Assembly: GCA_963749705.1 (NCBI GenBank)
Contig: CAVVNQ010000005.1
Span: forward strand, 1-51,445
Reading direction: 5' to 3'
Origin: an uncultured Chloroflexia bacterium
Lineage (GTDB): Bacteria; Chloroflexota; Limnocylindria; Limnocylindrales; CSP1-4
DNA: 51,445 bases
Below the pieces are notes generated by a model. The model did not search any database. It was not told the origin of the DNA and was given only the letters and a program-made list of their open reading frames with translations. This document shows, one piece after another, positions 29,662 to 39,653 of the stretch (the stretch's first letter is position 1; each line of letters starts with the position of its first letter). The position numbers were made by a program, and so were the translations under genes.

Positions 29662-30972
29662 GTGACGACCCGCACCATCCTCCACGTCGATCTGGACGCG
29701 TTCTTTGCCGCCGTCGAGCAGCGCGACCATCCGGAGCTGCGAGGGCGTCCGGTCATCGTCGGCGGTGGCGGTCCCAACCAGCGTGGCGTCGTGTCCGCGG
29801 CCTCGTACGAGGCACGGGCCTTCGGGGTCCACTCCGCGATGCCGCTGGTGACGGCCGGCCGGCTGTGCCCGCAGGGCGTGTTCCTGCCGGTGGACGGACG
29901 CAAGTACCAGGCCGCGAGCCGGGACGTCATGGCGATCCTGCGCCGCTTCACGCCCCTGGTCCAGCCGATCTCGATCGACGAGGCGTTCCTCGACGTGACC
30001 GCATCGCGGGCGCTGTTCGGCGATGGCGAGACGATCGGGCGTCGGATCAAGGACACGATCCACGAGGAGCTCGGCCTGACCGCGTCGGTGGGCGTGGCCA
30101 CGACCAAGCTCGTCGCCAAGATCGCATCGGACCTGCGAAAGCCGGACGGCCTGGTCGTGGTGCCGCCCGGCGAGGAGGCGGCGTTCCTTGCGCCGCTGCC
30201 CATCTCGCGCCTGTGGGGCGTGGGCGACAAGACGGCGACGGCCCTGCGCGACTTCGGGGTCCGCACGATCGGCGACCTGGCGTCACTGCCGGCGGACGCG
30301 ATGGTTCGCAGGTTCGGCAAGCACGGGGCGTCCCTCGTCGAGCGCGCGACCGGCATCGACCCCGACCCGGTTGCCGGCGGCGATCCCGCGAAATCGATCG
30401 GCCACGAGCACACGTTCGACGTCGACACGTCCGATCGCGAGGTGATCGAGCGAACGCTGCTGGGCATGGCGGACGGGGTCGCCGGGCGGCTCCGGTCAGC
30501 CGGGCTGAAGGCGGGCACGGTGACGCTCAAGCTGCGCGACTCCGCGTTCGCGACCATGACTCGTCAGGTGGGCCTGACGCCGCCGTCCGACCTCACCGAA
30601 CCGATCTTCGAGGCGGCCCTGGCGCTGCTCCGGAAGGAGCTCCACGGCCAACGGATCCGGCTCGTCGGCGTGACCGCCTCGAACTTCCGCGAACGGGAAC
30701 AGCTGGCGATGTTCGAGGCCGAGGATCCGCGGCGCCACCAGACCGCCGAGGCGCTCGACAGGATCCGGCACAAGTACGGCGAGCGGTCGGTGACCCGGGC
30801 GAGGCTGGTGCGCCATGCGCTGCCGGCACCGTTCGAGCGCGACCCGATGACGGCGGTCGAGCGCCGCCAGGGCGTTGCCGGTGCCGCGAGCGACTCGGGA
30901 CCCTCGGACGTCCCCGATCGTGACAGCGAAGGTGTCACGGACGAGGCGGAGGATCTCGACGCAGACGCTTGA
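29662..30972 (+). CDS. dinB: DNA polymerase IV
   Basis: ILHVDLDAFFAAVE, SYEARAFG, SIDEAFLD, AKIASD.RKPDG and LWGVG. Confidence 0.95.
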   Translation: MTTRTILHVDLDAFFAAVEQRDHPELRGRPVIVGGGGPNQRGVVSAASYEARAFGVHSAMPLVTAGRLCPQGVFLPVDGRKYQAASRDVMAILRRFTPLVQPISIDEAFLDVTASRALFGDGETIGRRIKDTIHEELGLTASVGVATTKLVAKIASDLRKPDGLVVVPPGEEAAFLAPLPISRLWGVGDKTATALRDFGVRTIGDLASLPADAMVRRFGKHGASLVERATGIDPDPVAGGDPAKSIGHEHTFDVDTSDREVIERTLLGMADGVAGRLRSAGLKAGTVTLKLRDSAFATMTRQVGLTPPSDLTEPIFEAALALLRKELHGQRIRLVGVTASNFREREQLAMFEAEDPRRHQTAEALDRIRHKYGERSVTRARLVRHALPAPFERDPMTAVERRQGVAGAASDSGPSDVPDRDSEGVTDEAEDLDADA

Positions 30973-31022
30973 CATCGAACACCTGTTCGGTCTAGCGTGA
31001 CGCCGAAACGAACAGACGTTCG
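30969..31022 (+). promoter_or_regulatory. Promoter with two SOS boxes
   Basis: TTGACA (30969) and TAGCGT (30993); CGAACACCTGTTCG at 30976-30989 and CGAACAGACGTTCG at 31009-31022. Confidence 0.85.
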
Positions 31023-31075
31023 CATCCGGAGTGCTCCCGGGTGACGACGACCCGCCGAGTCAAGGAGACAGCACG

Positions 31076-31336
31076 ATGGCGATGGTTCGCGTCGCACCCG
31101 TCACGGTCCAGGTCAGGACCGACTGGTTCACAGGCACCCCGCGTGAGATCACGTGGGGAGAGGACCGCCTCCCGGTCACGCGGCTGGTCGCCGTGCGCAA
31201 CGAGCAGGCCGCATATCCGGTGATCACCGGCCCGCGCACCATGTTCGAGGTGGACACGCCCGGCGTGCGCGTGGCGCTCACCTATCTCCACCGCTCGAGG
31301 CGGTGGACGATCGACGGGCTGGACCAGGCGGCCTGA
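31076..31336 (+). CDS. Small (86 aa) LexA-regulated beta-rich protein, DUF6504-like
   Basis: AAGGAG RBS. Pattern P..ITW....PV...R..FEV....L......WTI..LD. Confidence 0.7.
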   Translation: MAMVRVAPVTVQVRTDWFTGTPREITWGEDRLPVTRLVAVRNEQAAYPVITGPRTMFEVDTPGVRVALTYLHRSRRWTIDGLDQAA

Positions 31337-31511
31337 CGGGCACATCACACGCGGGAGCGGGCGGCTCCTCCCCGCCGGCTCCCTCGATCGGCTGCGGGGC
31401 GGGCGCCGGGCGCTCGCCCCGCGCGCCCGAGATCAGCGGTGACGAACGGCCCCTGCATCGCAGGCTGCTCCGGCCCGCGTCGTCCGGGCCGCGCCTCTCT
31501 ACAATCGGCAT

Positions 31512-32180
31512 GTGAACCCGAGCGATCGATACCGAGACCTGACGGTCGGCGATTTCATCGACCGGCTGGCCGGACCCCAGCCCGTGCCCGGTGGTGGCAG
31601 CGCCGCGGCGATCGCCGGCAGCCTCGCCGCGGCCCTCGTGTCGATGGTGTCGGCCCTGTCCGAGGGGCGCCCGAAGTACGAGGAGCACGCCGCGCTCCAC
31701 GCGCAGGCCGGGCCGGCCGGCCGCGTGCTCGCGGATCGAATGCTCGCCCTGGCCGATGAGGATGCCAGTGCCTATGCGGGATACGGCACGGCCATGAAGA
31801 TGCCCCGCGAGACCGAGGACGAGCGTTCCGCACGGTCAGCCGCGATCCGGGCGGCCGCGCGCGACGCCTCGCTGGTCCCGTTCCGGACGGTCGAGGCGTG
31901 CCACGACATCGTCGCCCTCGCCGAATCGCTTGCGGGCCGGAGCAATCGCAACGCGGCATCGGACCTCGACGTCTCGAGCCTGCTGTCGGTCGCCGCGGCG
32001 CGGGCGGCTGCGGCCAATGTCTACGTGAACCTGCCGTCCATCGGTGACGATGCCTTCGCCGCCGACCTGCGTTCGCGCACCGAGAACCTGGTGAGCGAGA
32101 TCGACAGGCTGGCCGAGGCCACGCACGAGGCGGTCCGGAGCGGGGAGCCGCGGCACCCGCTGGCGGCGCGCCGCGCATGA
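31512..32180 (+). CDS. Formiminotetrahydrofolate cyclodeaminase / cyclohydrolase family (FTCD C-terminal-like)
   Basis: FIDRLA...PVPGGGSAAA, DEDASAY, NRNAASD and NVYVNL. Confidence 0.9.
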   Translation: MNPSDRYRDLTVGDFIDRLAGPQPVPGGGSAAAIAGSLAAALVSMVSALSEGRPKYEEHAALHAQAGPAGRVLADRMLALADEDASAYAGYGTAMKMPRETEDERSARSAAIRAAARDASLVPFRTVEACHDIVALAESLAGRSNRNAASDLDVSSLLSVAAARAAAANVYVNLPSIGDDAFAADLRSRTENLVSEIDRLAEATHEAVRSGEPRHPLAARRA

Positions 32181-32258
32181 TCGAGCGAGCCGGTGCACCC
32201 GGGCGCGTGATGCGCCCAACCGCTGCAGGGCCAGCGAACGCAGGACGAGCCACCGCGG

Positions 32259-32288
32259 GACGAACGGCCGCATGACGAACGGCCGCAT
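32259..32288 (+). repeat. 15-bp tandem duplication GACGAACGGCCGCAT x2 at the folD start
   Basis: Read directly from the sequence. Confidence 0.8.
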
Positions 32289-33192
32289 GCCGACCGAGGG
32301 GCCCAGGCTCCTGCTCGGCAAGCCGATCGCCGCCGAGATTCGCGCGACCGTCGCCAGCGACGTCGCGGCCTTCCGCGGACGCCACGGGCATGCGCCGGCC
32401 CTCGCCATCGTGATCGTGGGCAGGGATGCCCCGTCCGCGGTCTACCTGGGCCAGATCCTGCGGTCGTGCGAGAAGGTCGGCATCGAGGGCCGGCTGGTCG
32501 AGATCCCGGGTCGTGCGTCGACCGCCGCCGTCCGTCGCGAGATCGAGCAGCTCAACGCCGATCAGATGGTCGCCGGGATCATCGTCCAGATGCCGCTGCC
32601 CAAGCGCATCCCCCTGTCGGCGGTGATCGACACGCTCGATCCGGCCAAGGACATCGACGGGCTCCATCCGCGCAACGCCGGCCTGCTGACGCTGGGGTAC
32701 GAGGGCTTCCTGCCGACCACCGCCCATGCCGCGGTGGAGCTGCTCAAGCGAAGCGGCATCCCGCTGGCCGGGAAGCGGGCCGTCGTGGTCGGCCGCTCGA
32801 ACGTTGTCGGCAAGCCGGCGGCGCTGCTGCTGCTGCGCGAGAACGCGACGGTCACGATCTGCCACTCGAGAACGGCCGATCTGGCCCGCCACACGCGCGA
32901 CGCCGATATCCTTGTCGTGGCTGCCGGCGCCCCCGGCCTGATCACGGGCGACATGCTTTCGCCGGGCGCGGTCGTGGTCGACGTCGGGATCAACGTCGTC
33001 GGTGATGCGCTCGTCGGCGACGTGGACTTCGAGTCGGCGTGCCGCGTCGCCGCCGCGATCACCCCGGTTCCCGGGGGCGTCGGACCGGTCACCAACGCGC
33101 TGCTGCTCACGCACCTCGTCCGCGCTGCGCAGGCGCAGGCCGCCATCGGGCGCGGGCACGAGACGCTACATCCTGCCGGGAGTCGAACATGA
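32272..33192 (+). CDS. folD: Methylene-THF dehydrogenase/cyclohydrolase
   Basis: GIIVQMPLP, KDIDGLHP, VGRSNVVGKP, TICHSRT and ITPVPGGVGP. Confidence 0.95.
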   Translation: MTNGRMPTEGPRLLLGKPIAAEIRATVASDVAAFRGRHGHAPALAIVIVGRDAPSAVYLGQILRSCEKVGIEGRLVEIPGRASTAAVRREIEQLNADQMVAGIIVQMPLPKRIPLSAVIDTLDPAKDIDGLHPRNAGLLTLGYEGFLPTTAHAAVELLKRSGIPLAGKRAVVVGRSNVVGKPAALLLLRENATVTICHSRTADLARHTRDADILVVAAGAPGLITGDMLSPGAVVVDVGINVVGDALVGDVDFESACRVAAAITPVPGGVGPVTNALLLTHLVRAAQAQAAIGRGHETLHPAGSRT

Positions 33193-34910
33193 CCACCACC
33201 GCCAAGCCGTTCCCCTCCGATCTCGACATCGCCCGCGGCGTCACGCCGCGCCCGATCATGGACGTGGCCCGGGAGCTCGGGTTCCACGACGACGAGATCG
33301 AGCCGTATGGCAGGACCAAGGCCAAGATGACCCTCGAGGCCATCCGGCGGGTCGAGGACGCCAACCCGCGCGGCAAGTACGTGGTGGTCACGGCGATCAG
33401 CCCGACGCCGCTGGGCGAGGGCAAGTCGACGACCACGGTCGGCCTCGCCCAGGGGCTCAACCGGATCGGCCGGCGGGCGGCGGTGACGGTGCGCCAGCCC
33501 TCGCTCGGTCCCGTGTTCGGGATCAAGGGCGGCGCGGCCGGCGGCGGCTACTCCCAGATCATCCCGATGGAGGACTTCAACCTCCACCTCACGGGCGACG
33601 TCCACGCGATGGGCGCGGCGCACAACCTCGCGGCGGCGTTCATCGACAACCACATCCACCACGGCAACGCCCTCGGCATCGACGCCAACAACGTGCTCTG
33701 GCCGCGGGTCCTTGACATCAGCGACCGGGCGTTGCGCGAGATCGTCGTCGGCCTCGGCGGCAAGGAGAACGGCTACCCGCGCCAGACCCAGTTCGTGATC
33801 ACGGTCGCATCGGAGGTCATGGCGATCCTCGCCCTGGCCCGCGACCTTCCCGATCTGCGGGCCAGACTGGGCCGGATCGTGCTCGCGACCCGCAAGGACG
33901 GCACCCCGATCACGGCCGAGGACCTCAAGGTTGCGGGCGCGATGACGGTGCTCCTGCGCGATGCGCTCAAGCCCAACCTGCTCCAGACGCTCGAGGGCGG
34001 ACCCGCCTTCGTCCATTGCGGGCCGTTCGGCAACATCGCCCACGGCAACAGCTCGATCCTCGCCGACCGCGCCGCCCTGGCCACCACCGACATCGTGGTC
34101 ACCGAAGCCGGGTTCGGGGCCGACCTGGGTGCCGAGAAGTTCTTCGATATCAAGTGCCGGGCGTCGGGGCTGGCGCCCGATGCGGCCGTCATGGTGGCCA
34201 CCATCCGGGCGCTCAAGATGCACGGCGGCGTGGGCCGGATCGTGGCCGGCAAGCCGCTCGACCCGGCGCTCCTCGAGGACAACCCCGACGCGGTCCGCGC
34301 GGGTGGTGCCAACCTGGCGGCGCAGATCGCCAACGTGCGCGCCTTCGGCGTGCCGGTGGTCGTCGCGATCAACCTGTTCCCGTCCGACACTGAGGCCGAG
34401 ATCGCGGCCGTGCGCGAGGTCGCGCTCGCCGCAGGTGCCCGCGACGCCGTGGTCGCCCGCCACTTCACCGACGGTGGCGCGGGCGCGGAGGATCTTGCCC
34501 GCGCCGTGTGGGCCGCAGCCGAGGAGGGTGCCCCGGCCTTCGAGCTCCTGTACCCGGACGAGGCGCCGATCAAGGCCAAGATCGAGACGATCGCGACCCG
34601 CCTGTACGGTGCCGACGGCGTGGACTACCTCCCGGTGGCGTCGAAGGCGATCGCGCAGTACGAGTCGCTGGGCTTCGGCAACCTGCCGATCTGCATGGCC
34701 AAGACCCAGTACAGCCTGTCACACGACGCCAAGCTGCTGGGGCGGCCAACCGGGTTCCGGCTGCCGATCCGCGAGGTCCGCCTGTCGGCCGGCGCCGGCT
34801 TCGTCGTTGCGCTCGCGGGCGACATGCGGACGATGCCCGGCCTGCCATCGACACCTGGCGGCGAGCGCATCGACATCGACGAGGACGGCAACGTGGTGGG
34901 CCTGTTCTGA
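33189..34910 (+). CDS. fhs: Formate--tetrahydrofolate ligase
   Basis: PTPLGEGKSTT, GIKGGAAGGGYSQ, GPFGNIAHG, CMAKTQYS and TMPGLP. Confidence 0.97.
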   Translation: MTTTAKPFPSDLDIARGVTPRPIMDVARELGFHDDEIEPYGRTKAKMTLEAIRRVEDANPRGKYVVVTAISPTPLGEGKSTTTVGLAQGLNRIGRRAAVTVRQPSLGPVFGIKGGAAGGGYSQIIPMEDFNLHLTGDVHAMGAAHNLAAAFIDNHIHHGNALGIDANNVLWPRVLDISDRALREIVVGLGGKENGYPRQTQFVITVASEVMAILALARDLPDLRARLGRIVLATRKDGTPITAEDLKVAGAMTVLLRDALKPNLLQTLEGGPAFVHCGPFGNIAHGNSSILADRAALATTDIVVTEAGFGADLGAEKFFDIKCRASGLAPDAAVMVATIRALKMHGGVGRIVAGKPLDPALLEDNPDAVRAGGANLAAQIANVRAFGVPVVVAINLFPSDTEAEIAAVREVALAAGARDAVVARHFTDGGAGAEDLARAVWAAAEEGAPAFELLYPDEAPIKAKIETIATRLYGADGVDYLPVASKAIAQYESLGFGNLPICMAKTQYSLSHDAKLLGRPTGFRLPIREVRLSAGAGFVVALAGDMRTMPGLPSTPGGERIDIDEDGNVVGLF

Positions 34911-34953
34911 TCGCCCGCCCGGCGGCGACGGCGCCGCCCGCTATGCTCCGATC

Positions 34954-36117
34954 ATGACCGCCCTGCACATCCTGGTTGGCTTCGTCGGCCTGTCGGTGAT
35001 CGCGCGCACCGTGCTGAGCGCCGTCCGGACGTTCGTCGTCCCGCGCGGGGACAACGACGCGATCTCGCGACTCGTGTTCCGGGCGCTGCTGGAGGTCTTC
35101 CGGCTCATCGCGCCGGCTTCGCGGCCGTACGCGTTCCGGGACCGGATCATGGCCTACTACGGCCCGATCGGGCTGGTGCTGCTGCCCGCCTGGTGGCTGG
35201 CGCTGCTGACCGCGGGGTTCGCGGCCGTCTACTTTGCCCTGGGGCTGGGTCCGGGCGACGCCTTCGTCGCCAGCGGCTCTTCGCTGCTCACCCTGGGCTT
35301 TGCGCGACCCGTGATCCCCGGTGGCGACCTGATCGCGTTCATCGAGGCCGCGATCGGGCTCGCGCTGGTCGCCCTGCTGATCTCGTACCTGCCCACGATC
35401 TATGCCGCGTTCTCGCGCCGCGAGCTGCTGGTGTCGCTGCTCGAGGTTCGCGCCGATACGCCGCCGTCCCCGATCGTGATGATCACGCGCATGGAGCGCC
35501 TGGCCGGCCTCGACGCGTTGCACGACATGTGGGAGCGCTGGGAGCAGTGGTTCGCCGATGTCGAGGAGTCGCACAGCTCGCTGCCCGTGCTCGTGTTCTA
35601 CCGCTCGCAGCAGCCCGGCCATTCCTGGGTGAACGCGGCCGGCGCGATGATGGACACGGCGGCGATCGTGCGATCGGCGGTCGCCATCCCGATGGACGTC
35701 CAGGCGGACCTCATGATCCGGGCCGGCTACCTCGCACTGCGGCGGATCGGCGTCTACTTCCGGATCCCGTACGACGAGCATCCGAAGCCCATGGACGCGA
35801 CGAGCGTCGATCGCGGCCAGTTCGAGGCGGCGCTCGACGTGCTGGCCGCGTCTGGGGTCCCCCTCGTGGCGGATCGCGACCAGGCCTGGCTCGACTTCAA
35901 CGGCTGGCGGGTGAACTACGACGCCGTGCTTCGCCGGCTCGAGCGCCTGACGATGGCCCCGACGTCATGGTGGGAGCTGCCGATGCGGTCGGCTTGGGTC
36001 ACCGACGAGCCGGCCCTCGCGGCCGAGAACGACCTTGCGGAGGCGGCCGCAGAGGACGCCGCGGCGGGGACCGGCACGGCGCTGATGGATGAAGGCGAGG
36101 CCGCCCGGCCCGCCTGA
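34954..36117 (+). CDS. Membrane protein with an ion-channel-like (2TM/pore) domain
   Basis: TM-SGSSLLTLGF-TM, followed by LISYLPTIYAAFSRRE and EESH..LPVL.FYRS. Confidence 0.65.
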   Translation: MTALHILVGFVGLSVIARTVLSAVRTFVVPRGDNDAISRLVFRALLEVFRLIAPASRPYAFRDRIMAYYGPIGLVLLPAWWLALLTAGFAAVYFALGLGPGDAFVASGSSLLTLGFARPVIPGGDLIAFIEAAIGLALVALLISYLPTIYAAFSRRELLVSLLEVRADTPPSPIVMITRMERLAGLDALHDMWERWEQWFADVEESHSSLPVLVFYRSQQPGHSWVNAAGAMMDTAAIVRSAVAIPMDVQADLMIRAGYLALRRIGVYFRIPYDEHPKPMDATSVDRGQFEAALDVLAASGVPLVADRDQAWLDFNGWRVNYDAVLRRLERLTMAPTSWWELPMRSAWVTDEPALAAENDLAEAAAEDAAAGTGTALMDEGEAARPA

Positions 36118-36120
36118 GCG

Positions 36121-36387
36121 TCAGGCGGTGAAGCTGAACCCGGTCGCGAGCACGAAGCTCGCCGCGATGACGAGCGCGAGCACGACGCCCAGGACGCCGA
36201 CGCCCCACATCGTCCAGTCGATCGGGCCCAGCGTGGCATCGGCATGGGCGTGGTCATCGTGTCCGTGCGCGTCGCCGTGGTCGGTGGTCGCGCCGTGCGG
36301 CCCATCGACCGTCTGCGAGGTGCCGTGAACGTCCGGGACATGGGCGTCCGATGCGGGCGCGCCGGTCGAGGCGTGGCTGTCGCTCAT
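36121..36387 (-). CDS. Small His-rich membrane protein
   Basis: DHGDAHGHDDHAH followed by LGPIDW and one TM helix. Confidence 0.6.
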   Translation of the reverse strand: MSDSHASTGAPASDAHVPDVHGTSQTVDGPHGATTDHGDAHGHDDHAHADATLGPIDWTMWGVGVLGVVLALVIAASFVLATGFSFTA

Positions 36388-36445
36388 CGTGTGGTCATGA
36401 CCTCCGGGCATCATTGTCCCATGGCGCCGCCCTAGACTGGGCGCG

Positions 36446-37159
36446 ATGCTGACCCTCGTCCTGACGCGCCACGGTCTCACCGATCGCTCGGTTCCCGAGC
36501 AGCATCTCGGCCAGCGCATCGACCTGTCGATCAACGAGTCGGGCCGACGACAGGCCCAGGCGCTCGCACGCCGGCTGGCGGCGGTCCGGTTCGACCGGGT
36601 GATCACCAGCCCCCTGTTCCGCGCTCGCGAGACGGCGGAGGTGCTGGCCCCCGGTGCGCGGCTCGAGGCGGATCCGCGGCTGCGCGAGATGGACTACGGC
36701 GCGTGGGAAGGGCGGACCTACGCCGAGATCGAGCACGCCGACGCGGTGTTCCGCCGCGAATGGGAGCTGGCGCCCGACCGTCTCGCCTGCCCGGGGGGCG
36801 AGTCGGGCAACGACGTGGCGGAACGCGTCCGTGCCTTCCTCGACGACCTCCTCGAGGAGCACAAGCGCTGGCACGCCCGGGCGTCGTTCCGCGCGGTCAC
36901 CTCGGGGATGGGCCGGGTCGCCGTCCCGCCCGAGCGCCCGATCCTCGCCGTCGGCCACAGCTCGACCAACCGGATCCTGATGTGCGTCGCGCTGGGCGTC
37001 GGGTTGCGCGACTATCGCCGTCGATTCGTCCAGGATCAGGCCAACCTGACCGTGCTCCGATGGGCAGACGGCGACGGCGCGGAGGACGCCAGGCTGCTGG
37101 TCGCCAACGACAGCGCGCACCTGCGCGGGTCGGGCGAGGTGCCCTGGGCCAGCGAGTAG
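36446..37159 (+). CDS. Histidine phosphatase (phosphoglycerate mutase-like) family protein
   Basis: RHG, SPLFRARETA, LREMDYGAWEG, GGES and NDSAHL. Confidence 0.9.
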   Translation: MLTLVLTRHGLTDRSVPEQHLGQRIDLSINESGRRQAQALARRLAAVRFDRVITSPLFRARETAEVLAPGARLEADPRLREMDYGAWEGRTYAEIEHADAVFRREWELAPDRLACPGGESGNDVAERVRAFLDDLLEEHKRWHARASFRAVTSGMGRVAVPPERPILAVGHSSTNRILMCVALGVGLRDYRRRFVQDQANLTVLRWADGDGAEDARLLVANDSAHLRGSGEVPWASE

Positions 37160-37191
37160 CGCGGCGGCGTGCCGCGGCGAGCGCTGAAACG

Positions 37192-37860
37192 CTACGGGGC
37201 CGCGTCCGTCCGGCGTGGCCGGCCCGGCATCCCCAGGCGCCACCACACGAACAGCACGACACCGACGACGACGACCACCGCGATCGCGAGGTCGAACGGC
37301 TGGAGCGCATGCCGGATGTCCTGCCAGTTCGCGCCCAGCTGCTCGCCCGCCCAGACGAGCGCGATCGACCACGGGAGGGCCCCGGCCGTCGAATAGGCGA
37401 TGAACTTGCGCAGCGGCATCCGCGTCACGCCGGCCGGGAACGAGATGAACGTGCGCACGACGGGCAGCAGGCGGCCGAAGAACACCGTCGCCGCCCCGTA
37501 CTTGCGGAAGAAGCCGTCCGCGATCTCGATCTCGTGCGGCCGGATCAGCAGGTAGCGGCCGAACCGCTCGAGGAACGGCCGGCCCCCGTACGCGCCGATC
37601 CCGTAGGCGATCAGCGATCCGATCGTGTTGCCGACCGTGGCCACGATGACCACGATCCAGAAGCTCCACGGGCCATGGGTGAGCGGTTCGACCTGGGTCG
37701 GGTCCGACACGAGCCAGCCCGCGTAGGGGAGGATCAGCTCAGACGGCAGCGGCACCATCGCCGACTCGATCGCCATCGCGACCATGACCCCGACATACCC
37801 GACCGCCCCGTAGAGGTTGCCGAGGAACGGGATGACGATCTGGTCGATGAAGGCGAGCAC
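37192..37860 (-). CDS. DedA family protein
   Basis: ESAMVPLPSE and FFGRLLPVVRTFISFPAG. Confidence 0.92.
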   Translation of the reverse strand: MLAFIDQIVIPFLGNLYGAVGYVGVMVAMAIESAMVPLPSELILPYAGWLVSDPTQVEPLTHGPWSFWIVVIVATVGNTIGSLIAYGIGAYGGRPFLERFGRYLLIRPHEIEIADGFFRKYGAATVFFGRLLPVVRTFISFPAGVTRMPLRKFIAYSTAGALPWSIALVWAGEQLGANWQDIRHALQPFDLAIAVVVVVGVVLFVWWRLGMPGRPRRTDAAP

Positions 37861-37945
37861 GTTCGACGAGGCTCCTGCGTGGGGAGGTCCGGGCCGGCGG
37901 CCCGCGGGGGCACGGCGCCGAGGATAGCCGACTATCCTGCCCATC

Positions 37946-39571
37946 GTGACCGACGCGCACTTCGTTCCCGAGAGATCACCCGCCGGGCGACCCCGGGACC
38001 GGGTGGTGCTGACGGGCGCCGACCTGACGATCGCCGATGTCGAGGCGGTTGCGCGTCACGGGGCTCGCGTCGCCCTCGACGTCCACGCTCGGGATCGGAT
38101 GGCCGAGGCGAGGGCGGTCATCGAAACTCTCGTCGAACGCGGCGAGGTCGTCTACGGGGTGACGACCGGGTTCGGCGACCTGGCCACCACCTTCATTCCG
38201 AGCGATGACGCCGCCGGTCTCCAGGCGAACCTGATCGCGTCCCATGCGGCCGGCGTGGGCCCCCCGTTCCCGCGCGAGGTCGTGCGGGCGATGCTCCTGC
38301 TGCGGGCCAACACCCTCGCGCTGGGGCACTCGGGCTGCCGGCCACTGCTGGTGGACCGGATCTGCGAGCTCCTCGACCTGGGCATCCACCCGGTGGTGCC
38401 GGAGCAGGGGAGCGTGGGTGCATCAGGCGACCTCGCGCCGCTCGCCCACCTGGCGCTGCCGCTGATCGGGCGAGGCCAGGTCGAGCTCAACGGGCAGGTG
38501 ATGCCCGCGCTGGTGGCGCTCCGCGAGGTCGGCCTCGAGCCGCTCGTGCTGGGACCCAAGGAGGGCCTCGCGCTGCTCAACGGGACGCAGCTGATGAGCG
38601 CGCTCGGGGCGCTGCTGCTCGCGGACGCCGATCGACTCGCGCGAACGGCATCGGTCGCCGCGGCGATGTCGGTCGAGGCGCTGCTCGGGACCGACGTCGC
38701 CTTCGCGGCGCCGTACCAGCTTGCGCGACCGCATCCGGGCCAGGTCGAGGTCGCGGCCGAGCTCCGTCACCTGCTGCGCGAGTCGGGGATCCAGCGGTCG
38801 CATCACGGCAGCGGCCACAAGGTCCAGGACCCGTACTCGCTGCGCTGCGTGCCCCAGGTCCACGGCGCGGTGCGGGACGCCCTCGACCACCTCCGTCGCG
38901 TGCTCGACATCGAGCTCAACTCGGCCACCGACAACCCGCTCGTGTTCCCGGCCGGCGGGTCCGTCCCGACCGACGCCCTCGCCACCGGCGGCGGCCTGGT
39001 CATCTCGGGCGGCAACTTCCACGGCGAGCCGATCGCGCTGGCGCTCGACTTTGCCAAGCTCGGGCTGGCGGAGCTGGGCTCGATCTCGGAACGGCGTACC
39101 GCGCTGCTGCTCGACTCGCGGCTCAACGGCGGCCTGCCGGCGTTCCTGTCACCCGATCCCGGCCGTAACAGCGGGCTGATGATCGTCCAGTACACGGCCG
39201 CGGCCCTCGCCTCGGAGAACAAGGTCCTCGCCCACCCGTCGTCTGCCGACTCGATCCCGACATCCGCGAACCAGGAGGATCACGTGTCGATGGGGGCGAC
39301 CGCGGGCCGGCACGCCCGGCTCGTCCTGGCCAACGTCGAGCGGATCCTGGCGATCGAGCTCGTGTGCGCCGTCCAGGCACTGGACCAGCGGCTGGCCCTG
39401 CTGGCGACCGACGGCCAGGCACCGCGCGCCGGTGCCGGGGTTGCCGCCGCCGCGGCGCTCATTCGTGAGCGGATCGCGCCGCTCGCCGGTGATCGCGAGC
39501 CCGGCCCCGATCTCGAGGCCGCGACCGACCTCGTCCACGGGGGCGCGCTGGCAGGGCTCGCAGCACCCTGA
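37946..39571 (+). CDS. hutH: Histidine ammonia-lyase
   Basis: VYGVTTGFG, GSVGASGDL (MIO), QDPYSLRC, GGNFHG and NQEDHVSM. Confidence 0.96.
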   Translation: MTDAHFVPERSPAGRPRDRVVLTGADLTIADVEAVARHGARVALDVHARDRMAEARAVIETLVERGEVVYGVTTGFGDLATTFIPSDDAAGLQANLIASHAAGVGPPFPREVVRAMLLLRANTLALGHSGCRPLLVDRICELLDLGIHPVVPEQGSVGASGDLAPLAHLALPLIGRGQVELNGQVMPALVALREVGLEPLVLGPKEGLALLNGTQLMSALGALLLADADRLARTASVAAAMSVEALLGTDVAFAAPYQLARPHPGQVEVAAELRHLLRESGIQRSHHGSGHKVQDPYSLRCVPQVHGAVRDALDHLRRVLDIELNSATDNPLVFPAGGSVPTDALATGGGLVISGGNFHGEPIALALDFAKLGLAELGSISERRTALLLDSRLNGGLPAFLSPDPGRNSGLMIVQYTAAALASENKVLAHPSSADSIPTSANQEDHVSMGATAGRHARLVLANVERILAIELVCAVQALDQRLALLATDGQAPRAGAGVAAAAALIRERIAPLAGDREPGPDLEAATDLVHGGALAGLAAP

Positions 39572-39653
39572 CCGCGGTGGGGCCGGCCGGCGGTCTCGTA
39601 TCGGCGCTGGCCCGTTTGCTCGGCCCTGCCGGAGCGTCGGTAGACTCATCGTC

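Noticed and set aside
31512-34910. Wood-Ljungdahl pathway inferred from fhs and folD
   Set aside because: No acs/CODH genes are in the window, and histidine C1 handling explains the cluster.
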